Part shown: positions 21,567 to 31,863 of the stretch, one piece after another
Numbering within the stretch: position 1 is the first letter of the stretch
Layout: every line of letters starts with the position of its first letter
NCBI GenBank assembly: GCA_019057795.1
Contig: JAHLWS010000046.1
Span: forward strand, 1-64,000
Direction: 5' to 3'
Source: Promethearchaeota archaeon
GTDB lineage: Archaea; Asgardarchaeota; Lokiarchaeia; Sigyniarchaeales; SOKP01
Length of the DNA stretch: 64,000 bases
The notes under the pieces: model-generated
Databases searched by the model: none
What the model was told of the DNA's origin: nothing
What the model saw: only the letters and a program-made list of their open reading frames with translations
Position numbers and translations under genes: made by a program

Positions 21567-23018
21567 TCAGTCTGTTTTTTTAGGTTTGGACTTTTCTGAT
21601 AGGGATTTAAGGAATTCTTTTTCCTTCTCTTCGTGAAGTTCCATTATGTACTTCTTCTTTTTTAGCCACTCAGGACCATCCAAAGGGTACCATCGTAGAG
21701 TTAGAGCGCTTAAAACCAAAAGTATTGCCGGGACGATACAAAATGCGATTAAAATGCCAGTTAGAGCAATCACATCTTGAGCCTGTTTTACATCTACGCC
21801 ATCTACTATTATTGGCGCTTTAAACCCAAAACCGATAATGATAGCCAGGAACAGTGCGTTAGCTATGGAAATTGCGGGTTTAGTTACAATTGCGTTGACT
21901 CCACCATAAATTGCTTCTCTTCGTTTTCCTGTTATGAGCTCGTCGTTGTCAATTGCGTCACCCATTAACGCAAAGTTAGCGATTGACATACCTGCATATC
22001 CAATTCCAATAAATAGAAACGAAATTGCAGCTAACATTGAATTGTATCCAATTATAAATAGTAGAACTAATCCTGCGGTAATTAAATATGCGTCCATAAT
22101 CATAGTCTTTTTAGGCTGCCATTTTGCGATTTTTTTCATATTTATAATCATTCCAAGGATAATTCCTATAATCAAGGCAAGTAACATGTAAATCGGAGAT
22201 TGCCCGGATATGATATAATCAATATAGTAGAGAAGTCCCGTTAAGATAATAGGGTAGATTATACCAAGCAGAAAAGCAGGGATCATTAATAACCAAAACG
22301 GCTTATTTTTTAACGTCAATTTCAACCCTACTATGAAGCCTTCGTGCTCTTGTAACTGAGCAAACAGGTTTTCTTTGATTCCGAAAGATGTGATGAATAA
22401 TAGCAACGAACTTCCAAGCCCAATTGTTATAATTACAGGTGCGAACAAAGGATGAGTTCCTTCTTGACCAGTAAGTAAAACAACAGGTATGACTAAGCCA
22501 AGTACTAAATTGATCATACCTATTAGTCCACTATATACGCCAATACTTGCGCGCTGTTTAGCCGTCACAGCAATTTCGTTAGGAAGCGAAAAGAAACACA
22601 CTCCAACGATCGTAAACATCGTATCTAACAAAAAAAGAGCCGCTAAAAAATTGATAAATAGCCCAACTTGGTTATCCAAGGGGGATATTGGGAACCAGCA
22701 GAATATGAATGCTAATCCATAGAAAATTGAACCGTAACGAATATAGGGAATCCTTCTACCAATTTTAGTTCTCGTATTGTCGACAATGTAAGAGGCAATG
22801 GGGTCGTTTAAAGTATTCCAGATGGCAAATATCAACCAACCAATCATTAATAAGCCCGCATCTGCACCAAGTTTTATTTGATAGAAAAAAGTAAGATTTG
22901 CGAACACCAGCCCGTTTAATAAACCGTTAGCTAAACCCCCTATACTGAAGCTTAACTTTATTTTTGCCGAAACAAATTCTTCTGGTAATTCGATATTTTC
23001 TTTTATATTCATAATCAA
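21567..23018 (-). CDS. GPH-family (MFS_2) sugar/cation symporter
   Basis: WNTLNDP...DNTRTKIGRRIPYI; DAIDNDELITGKRREAIYGG; about 12 TM segments. Confidence 0.9.
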   Translation of the reverse strand: MIMNIKENIELPEEFVSAKIKLSFSIGGLANGLLNGLVFANLTFFYQIKLGADAGLLMIGWLIFAIWNTLNDPIASYIVDNTRTKIGRRIPYIRYGSIFYGLAFIFCWFPISPLDNQVGLFINFLAALFLLDTMFTIVGVCFFSLPNEIAVTAKQRASIGVYSGLIGMINLVLGLVIPVVLLTGQEGTHPLFAPVIITIGLGSSLLLFITSFGIKENLFAQLQEHEGFIVGLKLTLKNKPFWLLMIPAFLLGIIYPIILTGLLYYIDYIISGQSPIYMLLALIIGIILGMIINMKKIAKWQPKKTMIMDAYLITAGLVLLFIIGYNSMLAAISFLFIGIGYAGMSIANFALMGDAIDNDELITGKRREAIYGGVNAIVTKPAISIANALFLAIIIGFGFKAPIIVDGVDVKQAQDVIALTGILIAFCIVPAILLVLSALTLRWYPLDGPEWLKKKKYIMELHEEKEKEFLKSLSEKSKPKKTD

Positions 23019-23122
23019 TGTTCGTATTATTATTATTTAAAACCTCTACTTATGATAGTCAATAAATATATCTGAATAAATTGGAATTGTTTAATTAAGT
23101 AGCTATTGGAGTAGAAATAGAA

Positions 23123-23266
23123 TTAATTTAAAGAGATCCAATGTTTGCATACGATACATTGAAGTATTCTTTCTAATTTGCCGGAGTTTCTCTTAAATAC
23201 TCTATTAGCCATGATATTTCCGCATTTTTTGCAAATATGTAACTTCTTAACTGATACTTTCTCCAT
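23123..23266 (-). CDS. 47-aa zinc-ribbon microprotein (not in ORF track)
   Basis: Manual translation MEKVSVKKLHICKKCGNIMANRVFKRNSGKLERILQCIVCKHWISLN*, two CxxC pairs. Confidence 0.65.
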   Translation of the reverse strand: MEKVSVKKLHICKKCGNIMANRVFKRNSGKLERILQCIVCKHWISLN

Positions 23267-23472
23267 TAACGATAGTCTTCTCCAGAATAGATTTTAGAAA
23301 GAACTTCAAAGATTTTTGCCATATATTCTTCTAAAAAAAAAATTACAATCAGAATAAATACATCTATTTTGTAAAATTAATAGGTTAAGGGTTAATAAAT
23401 TTGTTTTAATAGAAAATAATTGAAGAATCTGAATAAAAACTATAAAATTCAAAAAACTTTTTGATATAATGG

Positions 23473-25365
23473 CTACAATTTATTAATCAGCCATATGGGG
23501 CTTGCCCATGCCATATTTTCGTCCTCAAGAATTATCCGAGGATAATAAAAAGCAAACTTTTCTTTACTATTTGTGTGAGTTAGAGAAAATTCTTCAAAAT
23601 TCTCGTCGTCAATTAAGTTGAATTCTGTTCTAGTTGAATTCACATCAAAAGTCTTATAGATTGAATTATTTCTGATTATTTCTACTTTATCAATTTTAAT
23701 TGGGCTTATTACTTTCACAATAATTTCTCTTTTAGACTGTAATTGAGAAAATACTTCTAAATCTATAATGTCACCCATGAAAAATTGAGCTAAGTGAAAT
23801 TCTATAATAACCCTTGGTCCCGTTGAGCCGTAACAACGACGATTAAGTAAAGCGTTCCATATTGACTCTTTAGTTAGTTGTTTTGCCCAAACCGCCATGA
23901 TTCCAGAGGGATAAATACCATTATCGGGATCGCCTGGCCCGGAAGGGTAAATGCCAAAATGATCGTCTCCACCGGCTGTAAAACCCAATTTATATCCTCT
24001 CTTTAAAGCGTCTTGAACAAAAGAACCACTCTTTTCTAAAATTGGTCCCCGCTTTCTAGCATACTTTCCATAGCCAAAAAATTTATACCTTGGAGGGAGA
24101 GGATTACCATCCTTATAGGAATATTCTTGATTCCCCCAAGTAGAATATATTTCTACTAATTTCTCTATGGAATTGTCAAAGTAATCCCAATTACGATATC
24201 CTGGCCTTAAAGCAGTATGGTGAGCAATTAACAAAACTTTTCCGTTATGAGATTTCAGATTTTTTATCAATTTCTTTGTAGAATTATACTTATTAACATC
24301 AGACCTTAAAATCGGTAGATCCTCATCGTAATGATATATACAAATATCTCCATATCCAGTGTACCAATATCCATATTCGTATCCGAAAAAAGAAACGAAT
24401 TCTGCGGAGTGATATTTTTTTACAGTTCGCTTAATTTCTTCAAAATCTTCGTCAGAAGTTTCCCATTTATGATCGTGGTCTGTTACCGTCCCAAAGTTTA
24501 ATCCTGCATTTATTAGATTCTTAAAATACTCCTCTACATCTCTCATTCCATCGCTCTTATTAGAGTGTCCATGTATATAGCCCCAGAATAATTTCTTTTC
24601 ATTAAGTTCATCAATACATATGATGGGGTTAGATTTAAAGTAAGAACCATTGTAAAAAGCTTCGATGGAGTAAGTGCCAGATTCAGAAATTTTAAAATCG
24701 TATTTCTTAAAAATTCCTTCGTTTTCTTCCTTAAATTCTAAACTTGCTATGTAATCTCTATCTTTAGAATTTGTTGATTTGTACAATTGTATGTTATCGG
24801 AGAAGTTTTTTATTAAATTATTAAACTTGTCCTCAACCCTTATTAATATTTTGAATTCCTTGTTGGCACTTACGATTGAGGGGCAAATTATTGTAACGTG
24901 ATCAAATTTCTTGTTAATAACATTAATAATGGGACAAATATCTGGAGTTACTAACTTCTGATTTCGTAATTTGATTAAGACTTCTACTTTTTTATTTTGT
25001 TCTACTAACGATTGAACTAGCGTTTTAAAAACATTAAGTTCGAAAACAGTCCCTGCTTTAATTCCACTTTCCTCGCAGACAATATATTTAATTAAAAGTT
25101 CTTTTCCAGAAATAAGTGCTGGAACTAATTTTACTTGCGAGCTTAGGCTCAATTTAACGTACCCTTTCATTTGCGGGTCGTAGGGCTGCAAGTAATACCA
25201 ATCGTTTTTATTGTTTCTTCCTCCACGAAATCTAAAAATTATAGAAGAACCATTAGGAATATCTTGATTTACTGAAAAATTAATCGAAATGTCGCTTAGA
25301 GTTCTGACATTTACGCATTTAGGTTCTACTTTTAGGTTTTGTAATTTAATTTCAAGCTCTTCCAA
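23473..25365 (-). CDS. DUF3604 / PHP-like metallohydrolase
   Basis: WGYIHGHSNKSDG, TDHD, GYE, AHH, VEIYSTWG, GFTAGGDDH, RRCYGSTG, AWASPIW. Confidence 0.8.
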   Translation of the reverse strand: MEELEIKLQNLKVEPKCVNVRTLSDISINFSVNQDIPNGSSIIFRFRGGRNNKNDWYYLQPYDPQMKGYVKLSLSSQVKLVPALISGKELLIKYIVCEESGIKAGTVFELNVFKTLVQSLVEQNKKVEVLIKLRNQKLVTPDICPIINVINKKFDHVTIICPSIVSANKEFKILIRVEDKFNNLIKNFSDNIQLYKSTNSKDRDYIASLEFKEENEGIFKKYDFKISESGTYSIEAFYNGSYFKSNPIICIDELNEKKLFWGYIHGHSNKSDGMRDVEEYFKNLINAGLNFGTVTDHDHKWETSDEDFEEIKRTVKKYHSAEFVSFFGYEYGYWYTGYGDICIYHYDEDLPILRSDVNKYNSTKKLIKNLKSHNGKVLLIAHHTALRPGYRNWDYFDNSIEKLVEIYSTWGNQEYSYKDGNPLPPRYKFFGYGKYARKRGPILEKSGSFVQDALKRGYKLGFTAGGDDHFGIYPSGPGDPDNGIYPSGIMAVWAKQLTKESIWNALLNRRCYGSTGPRVIIEFHLAQFFMGDIIDLEVFSQLQSKREIIVKVISPIKIDKVEIIRNNSIYKTFDVNSTRTEFNLIDDENFEEFSLTHTNSKEKFAFYYPRIILEDENMAWASPIWLINKL

Positions 25366-25377
25366 ATTATAATTTCA

Positions 25378-26286
25378 CTAATCTTTTTTATTATTTTTAG
25401 TTTTATTTTTTAGAACAGTAATCAAAATTGCTATAAAAATTAAAGCGCATCCTAACCAACCCATCCAGTTCATTGTTTCGTTGCCGATAATGAAAGAAGC
25501 AAAAATTACAGCAAATACGGGTTCTAAAGTAAAGATTATTGCCGTTTGAGATGGTCCTTGATGTTGCTGACTCCAATTTTGAAAGATAAAAGTTCCAGCT
25601 GTAACGATAACCCCCATATAAATCATAATCAACCAAAAAGGTAAACCCACATTTATTAAATCGAATGTCTCATTAAATAGAAACGAGCTTCCAAAACAAA
25701 ATAAACTAATTGTAGTTAGTTGAACGATCGAATAGAGGTAAACGTCTACAAGTTTAACGAATTTATCGGTTAATACGATATGAAACGCACAAAAAACAGC
25801 GCAAATAAGAACTAAAAAATCTCCAACTACGATACCTGATTCTCCCTCTAATAATAATAAGGCCATACCAATCACAGAAATAATTACGGCTAGCCAAATC
25901 CTCTTTTTTAGCTTTTTTTTAAACCAAAACCAGGTTAAAAAAGGCACCATGATAGTGCTTAAACCCGTGATAAAGCCTGCCTTACCCGCACTAGTAGTTT
26001 GAAGACCAAACGTTTGAAAAATAATTGCAAAACAATAAATTAAGCCGGTTAAAGCACCATATAAGATAATTTTCTTGTTAATTTTTTTTATGTGAATAAA
26101 ATATGGAAGAAAACCAATGATTGCTAAAGAAAACCGAATGCCAAGATATAAGAAAATTGGTACAGTTTGAATTAGGTTTTTTGTAATTATAAATGTTGTG
26201 CCCCATAGAATAGTTGTGGATATCAATAGGATATTAGCTATTACCTTCTGCTTAGATGATGGAGCGTGATTATTTTTTTTTTCCAT
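25378..26286 (-). CDS. DMT/EamA family transporter
   Basis: LWGTTF, GLQTTSAGKAGFITGL, IIFTLEPVFA; 10 TM segments. Confidence 0.92.
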   Translation of the reverse strand: MEKKNNHAPSSKQKVIANILLISTTILWGTTFIITKNLIQTVPIFLYLGIRFSLAIIGFLPYFIHIKKINKKIILYGALTGLIYCFAIIFQTFGLQTTSAGKAGFITGLSTIMVPFLTWFWFKKKLKKRIWLAVIISVIGMALLLLEGESGIVVGDFLVLICAVFCAFHIVLTDKFVKLVDVYLYSIVQLTTISLFCFGSSFLFNETFDLINVGLPFWLIMIYMGVIVTAGTFIFQNWSQQHQGPSQTAIIFTLEPVFAVIFASFIIGNETMNWMGWLGCALIFIAILITVLKNKTKNNKKD

Positions 26287-27186
26287 TCTATTTTCTATAA
26301 TTTTTTCTAAAAATTAGACTTGTTTATTTTTAGATAGTTATGAAAAAATTAGTTTGATGAATTTCTTTAATTATTAAGAGATTTTGCTTATTATATCTAT
26401 AAACAAGAAATTAAAAAAAAAAGAATTAATTATTTTGGTTCTTTCTCAATATTAGATATTATGCATGATATACATTGATAGTATATTCTGCAGGTCCTTG
26501 ATTAGAACTAACTATTAATAGTACATATCCATCTTTTTCAATATACCCTTCCAGTAATTCAGTGGCAATTTCGGTAATATCGTCAACATCAATAGTGACA
26601 ATGTTATTATATATTGGACCATTACCATTTTCTTCAACTGCGATGAGAGTTACTAAGAAATCCGTTTCTGGATTTGGTGGAAATGTGAAAGTAATAATAT
26701 CATCAGCATTATCTATTATTGCTCCATCAATTGCTATGTTATCAACCCACCAACCAGGGTCTTCAAAAGCCCAATCTGTCATATAACGGAATCCAATAAG
26801 AATTGATTGTCCTGCAAAAGCAGAAACATCAAAACCCATATTCATCCATTCACCACTCAATCCAGTTAAACCCGGAAGATTTTCTATTATAGCTGGGTAA
26901 GCACCTGGATCGTGGTCATAAGTTGTATAATCGTTTGCTAGTGAAAACCAAGTCGCCCCGCCATCAGTTGATACTTGGACAAATCCATAGTCCCATAAAT
27001 TTTCAATTTCGTAATATGTATCAAATGATAAGGTAGTTGCTGATACAGACAAATCAACTGCTGCAAGAATTTGTAAGTCTGCTTCGCTAACTGCAGGTGT
27101 AGAGTACCATTCAAGGTTATTGCTAGACAATAAATTAAGCCGGTTAAAGCACCATATAAGATAATTTTCTTGTTAATTTTTTTTAT
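26032..27186. repeat. 60-nt exact direct repeat (26032-26091 = 27127-27186)
   Basis: acaataaattaagccggttaaagcaccatataagataattttcttgttaattttttttat is present at both positions. Confidence 0.9.
26459..27126 (-). pseudogene. 3' fragment of an immune-inhibitor-A-like secreted peptidase paralog
   Basis: EWYS...LSFDTYYEIE..WDYGFVQVSTDGG...FRYMTD...GWWVDNI parallels the C-terminal beta domain of 27610-29739; lacks signal peptide and HExxH. Confidence 0.7.
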
Positions 27187-27381
27187 ATGAATAAAATAGG
27201 GAATAAATCCAATAATCGCGATTGAAAACCTTATTCCGAGGTATAGAAAAATGGGAACTTCTTGAGTGAGATTTTTAGTAATTATGAAAGATGTGCCCCA
27301 CAAAAGAGTAGTTAATACCAATAGAATATTTGCAATCGTTTTGGGGTTGATTCTATAATTTTTTTTGGTTTTAATCACCAT
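27127..27381 (-). pseudogene. 5' fragment of a DMT/EamA paralog fused out of frame to the peptidase fragment
   Basis: First ~85 aa parallel 25378-26286 (IANILL...LWGTSFIITKNL...GALTGLIYC), after which similarity stops abruptly. Confidence 0.8.
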
Positions 27382-27609
27382 AGAAAATGCAGTTTATTGA
27401 AATTCTTGAGAAGAAAATTGTTATATTAAAATTACTATTAGTCAAAAGTCTGATACTTAAAAAAGTTTAACAGTTCTAAGTAGATATATTTTGAAACAAT
27501 TTATGAGTATCAAATACTGAGAAAGATTAGATTCTTTCCTTTAATATTTACTAGAAATATAGAACATAAAAAAAAAAAGAAATTTTTATTAATTATTTTT
27601 AAAACGCTT

Positions 27610-29739
27610 TTAATATGCACCCATAGTATAGTAGTTTGCTAGTATATGGTCTGCATGGTTAGCAACAACTGCGATCGACATTCGACCAGACTTGTAAGGT
27701 GTGGCAGGAACTGAGACGATGCCAGTTTGTGTAGCAAAATCAACATCCATTTCCCAAATACCTCCTAATTCCATTCCATTGCGCTTCTCTTTAAAGTCAA
27801 ATACGGTCATATCCCAGCCATTGTCCCATAAACCTATGCTAACAGTCCAACCATCAGTTGCCCATCCATCTTCTCCAGCTTCTACATCGTCGAAGAAGCC
27901 TAATTCCGGAATAGAAATATCGTCAACGAACATATTTACCAAGGTAAATGCACCATCTTGCCAAAGTCGGAAGTGAAGCTCAATTCTATCTCCTGCGAAA
28001 GGAGTTAGATCCATTAATACCTCAACCCAGCCATGACTATTACCAGTAAAAGCATGCCATCGATCGTCTGCATCGTAATCCTTTGGATTACGACCAGCAG
28101 GGCAATTAGGGTTTGTCTGTCCTTCAGCATCAAAGTCAATAGTATTACCATTTAGATCTTCAAGTGTGTACCATTCATCTGTAGTCAGATCATGGACTTC
28201 CACATAACCGTAATCCCAGTCGAGTTCAATATCATAAGCTGTCCAGAAGTTGAGAGATGCTCCCGTAACTGGAATATCAAATGTTTGATAGAAGCTACGA
28301 TAAGCCCAGGCTAGGTCACCTGAGTACCATTCATAACTTCCACTGTGTGGCGATATTCCCGCAAAATCTTGGCCATCCATCCATACATCTGCTCCCTTTT
28401 TGCTATTAAACCTGAAATATTGCGCTGTATATGGCAAAGGATCACCGTATAATGCGAATTGCCACCAGGTTTCTTGAAATGGAGTTTGGTAGAAAGGGAA
28501 CACTTCAATTTTATAGGCATCCCAATAAAGCCCATGGTATATATCCATCCAATATGCGAGAGTATGATCACGAGTATCAGGTCCTCCAATTTCAAGGGAA
28601 TAATAGCCATATTTGCCACCAGCTTTACTTGTGTCGTCTACCCAGTTTGCTATAGTCCAAGCATCAAAAATCTCATCAAAGGTATCCGTATAACCCCAAG
28701 CTGCTAATGTAGCTTCAATACCTTCAATACCATTAAGTTGTTCCTGAACTAAATCAGCTATAAACTCAGCTCCACCAAAATGATCGTATAGATATAGTGC
28801 GAATAAATAACTTGCACCATAATCTTCAAGACCGCCTCCCCAGAAAGTAAGGGGTGTATACCAATGTCGTCTAAGGTAATAATCGATGTGACCATCCGAA
28901 TGACCATATCCACAGAAATAGCCAGCTAAATCAGCTAACCCTTCATCTACCCAAGATGGCTCATCTGGATCCTGGTCAAAATGGATCATATGCTCAAATT
29001 CATGAGCGAAAACCCCTTCGTATAAATAAGGACGAGTACCATCAGGGCCAGTTCGATTGAACCAATCGTAAGAGTCGATGTGGAACATATTTTTATTCGC
29101 ATCAGAATTCTCACTTGATGAGAAGTAGCCAGCGACATAGTATTCATAATCACCGTAATAAGCCTCGTCTCGGATGTTATGAATAAGAACCCATACTTTA
29201 TGTCCATCTTCCTCACTTCCTCTTGGTAACAAATCACCGTAAATAGCAGTTTCTATTGGATACATATTAGTGTCTAATTCATTTAAAAGGTAAGCTAATT
29301 GAGCTGTAGAAATCCGGTCCTCAGGTCGCCAAGTACCACTAGGATTTGCAAAAACATATTCATCGGTTCCAGCATCGTAATTGTCAACAGCATCTTTTTC
29401 AACAAGAATGATACCATTTTCGCCATCAATGATAACTACAAATGTTTCATCATATCGAGGTTCACCTGGCATAAAGTTTCCAACAGTAACTACGACTTCT
29501 TCACCAATTACAACTGGATCACCTGAAATTGAAGCTCCAGTAGCTACTGCTGCGCCAACTTTGGCAGCATACTTTCGCATAGCTACTTCATCTTCTCCGA
29601 TCATTTCGGGAGTTGCATCTATAATTTCAGGACCTAAATCAATAGCAGGAGCGGCTGTTGCAGTAGTAAGCAATGCTATACTACTGACACTTAGTAAGGC
29701 GAAGACTAATAGTGTTACTAAAATTTGTTTTTTTCTCAT
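27610..29739 (-). CDS. Secreted zinc metallopeptidase (M30/immune inhibitor A-like)
   Basis: Signal peptide MRKKQILVTLLVFALL, HEFEHMIH...WVDEGLA zinc motif, C-terminal WDYGYVEV beta domain. Confidence 0.85.
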   Translation of the reverse strand: MRKKQILVTLLVFALLSVSSIALLTTATAAPAIDLGPEIIDATPEMIGEDEVAMRKYAAKVGAAVATGASISGDPVVIGEEVVVTVGNFMPGEPRYDETFVVIIDGENGIILVEKDAVDNYDAGTDEYVFANPSGTWRPEDRISTAQLAYLLNELDTNMYPIETAIYGDLLPRGSEEDGHKVWVLIHNIRDEAYYGDYEYYVAGYFSSSENSDANKNMFHIDSYDWFNRTGPDGTRPYLYEGVFAHEFEHMIHFDQDPDEPSWVDEGLADLAGYFCGYGHSDGHIDYYLRRHWYTPLTFWGGGLEDYGASYLFALYLYDHFGGAEFIADLVQEQLNGIEGIEATLAAWGYTDTFDEIFDAWTIANWVDDTSKAGGKYGYYSLEIGGPDTRDHTLAYWMDIYHGLYWDAYKIEVFPFYQTPFQETWWQFALYGDPLPYTAQYFRFNSKKGADVWMDGQDFAGISPHSGSYEWYSGDLAWAYRSFYQTFDIPVTGASLNFWTAYDIELDWDYGYVEVHDLTTDEWYTLEDLNGNTIDFDAEGQTNPNCPAGRNPKDYDADDRWHAFTGNSHGWVEVLMDLTPFAGDRIELHFRLWQDGAFTLVNMFVDDISIPELGFFDDVEAGEDGWATDGWTVSIGLWDNGWDMTVFDFKEKRNGMELGGIWEMDVDFATQTGIVSVPATPYKSGRMSIAVVANHADHILANYYTMGAY

Positions 29740-30173
29740 TTTATTTTCAACCTTTTTTATTTTATTTTTTAATTAAATTTTCTAAATTAATTAAAATATT
29801 CTAAGAGTTTTTCAACATTTTAGAATGTTTCGCATATTTCAAAAAAGTCATGATTGACTTTAATTTGTAATACTCTATTATTTACTATTTTTTCGTATTT
29901 AAAATTTTCTATTTCACGTGAAAAGTAGGAAAAAGTTATGGGGCACAGCTCCCCCCCCTTGTGTGTAGAAAAAGACAAAAATTTTTTTCTATTCGAACTT
30001 ATGGAATTTAAATTTTGCTAAAAAAAAATTTTGAATCCTATTTTGTAATTTAAATCTATTTTTTTTATATTGTGTGGAAATTTAGTAGTAAAATTTTGCA
30101 AAATACTCAATATTTAAAAATATGAGGACTATTAAAAATAGGACAATTTGTTTTTTGGATTTTTATTTCAACT

Positions 30174-30198
30174 TTTTGACTGCGTTTAGCAGTCAAAA
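30174..30198. promoter_or_regulatory. Perfect 10-bp inverted repeat, candidate operator in a divergent promoter region
   Basis: TTTTGACTGC-GTTTA-GCAGTCAAAA between the peptidase and homocysteine synthase genes. Confidence 0.45.
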
Positions 30199-30389
30199 TT
30201 TACTTTAAATTTTTATTAGACTTTTAAAACAATATCGTTGACTGTGAATTTAATTTTATTATTATCACGCATTAAAAATGCAATAACAGCATATTTCATA
30301 TGTAAATATTTTTATATAGCATATAATTAATTATTTTAATATAACCTTTCTTTTCCCATTGGTTAGAAGATTAAAGAAAAGGTGATAAG

Positions 30390-31862
30390 TTGACGAAAAC
30401 TTATGCAGAAATAAACGAAAAAATTAAAAATGGTAGTGTAGTAGTTGTTACAGCGGAAGAAATGATAAACATTGTTGAAGAAAGAGGCATTAAAGTAGCT
30501 GCTGAAGAGATTGATGTAGTAACCACGGGAACCTTTGGACCGATGTGTTCTAGTGGAGCTTTTTTGAATTTTGGGCACTCTGACCCCCCGATTAAGTTCG
30601 AACACCTTTGGTTAAACGATGTTCACGCCTATCATGGAAACGCGGCCGTCGATTGTTATATTGGGTGCACCAGAATGGCGGATGTTCGACCGTTCGAATA
30701 CGGTGGAGGTCATGTTATCGAAGATCTCGTTTCTGGAAAACCGATAAGGCTTAGGGGAAATTCAAACACTACTGATTGTTATCCTTTAGCTGAAGTGGAT
30801 ACGGAAGTCACCCTCAATAGCATCAATCAAGCTATATTATGCAATCCAAGAAACGCTTACCAACGATATGTATGTGCGGTAAATAGTTCTGATAAAACAT
30901 TATACACTTACATGGGTAAGCTACTGCCAAAATTTGGCAACGCCCATTACGCAGGGGCAGGATGTTTAAGTCCTCTAAGTAACGATCCTGACTATGAAAC
31001 AATTGGACTTGGTACGAGAATTTTTCTTGGGGGTGGTATAGGGTATGTAGTTGGCGAAGGGACTCAACATAACCCTTCAAACAGATTTGGAACTTTATTT
31101 CTTAAAGGAGATTTAAAGCAGATGAGTTCTGAATATTTACGAGGCGTAGCTTATGAAAAGTACGGTACTAGTATGTTTGTTGGCGTTGGAATTCCGATTC
31201 CAATTTTAAACGCAGGTCTAGCTAAAAAAACAGCAATCAAAAACGAGGATATTTTAACAGACATAGTGGACTATAGTGTACCTAGAAGGGACAGGCCGAT
31301 ATTAAAACAGGTTAGTTATAAAGAATTAGAAAGTGGGTATGTTGAGATTAATGGAAAGAAAGTCAAATGTTCGTCGTTATCGTCGCTATTTCACGCGCGT
31401 AAGATTGCTGAAACACTTAAAAACTGGATTAACGAAGGTAAATTTTTCTTAAACCCCCCCGCAGAGACACTTCCAACAAATACAGTTTTTAAACCAATGA
31501 AACAAACTTCCGAATTAAAGTTTGTAAAAGATTTTAAAAGAAAAGCGATCAAATGTTTTGATGATTGTGATTTAAAGAAGGTTGCTGAGAAAATTATAGA
31601 AGAGAACATGAATCACATCGTTATTACAGATCGAGAAAACTATCTAAAAGGAATCGTGACTAGTTTTGATGTGACCAAAGCAATTGCTCAAAATAAAAGA
31701 GAATTAAATGACATTATAACAAAAAAAGTAATTACTACTACGGACAACGAACCAATTGGACTTGCTGCCAGACGAATGAAAAATAACAATATTTCAGCAT
31801 TACCGGTTGTTGATGAAAGTAAAAGAGTAATTGGAATAATTACTTCGGAGGAGTTGATGTAA
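30390..31862 (+). CDS. Homocysteine biosynthesis enzyme (L-aspartate semialdehyde sulfurtransferase, DUF39 + CBS pair)
   Basis: KTYAEINEKI, DVVTTGTFGPMCSSGAFLNFGH, NPRNAYQ, SPLSNDP, C-terminal tandem CBS domains. Confidence 0.93.
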   Translation: MTKTYAEINEKIKNGSVVVVTAEEMINIVEERGIKVAAEEIDVVTTGTFGPMCSSGAFLNFGHSDPPIKFEHLWLNDVHAYHGNAAVDCYIGCTRMADVRPFEYGGGHVIEDLVSGKPIRLRGNSNTTDCYPLAEVDTEVTLNSINQAILCNPRNAYQRYVCAVNSSDKTLYTYMGKLLPKFGNAHYAGAGCLSPLSNDPDYETIGLGTRIFLGGGIGYVVGEGTQHNPSNRFGTLFLKGDLKQMSSEYLRGVAYEKYGTSMFVGVGIPIPILNAGLAKKTAIKNEDILTDIVDYSVPRRDRPILKQVSYKELESGYVEINGKKVKCSSLSSLFHARKIAETLKNWINEGKFFLNPPAETLPTNTVFKPMKQTSELKFVKDFKRKAIKCFDDCDLKKVAEKIIEENMNHIVITDRENYLKGIVTSFDVTKAIAQNKRELNDIITKKVITTTDNEPIGLAARRMKNNNISALPVVDESKRVIGIITSEELM

Positions 31863-31863
31863 T

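Noticed and set aside
29930-29970. G-string as an ORB element or replication origin
   Set aside because: No TTCCAxTGGAA-type ORB core, no repeated copies and no cdc6/orc1 in the window.
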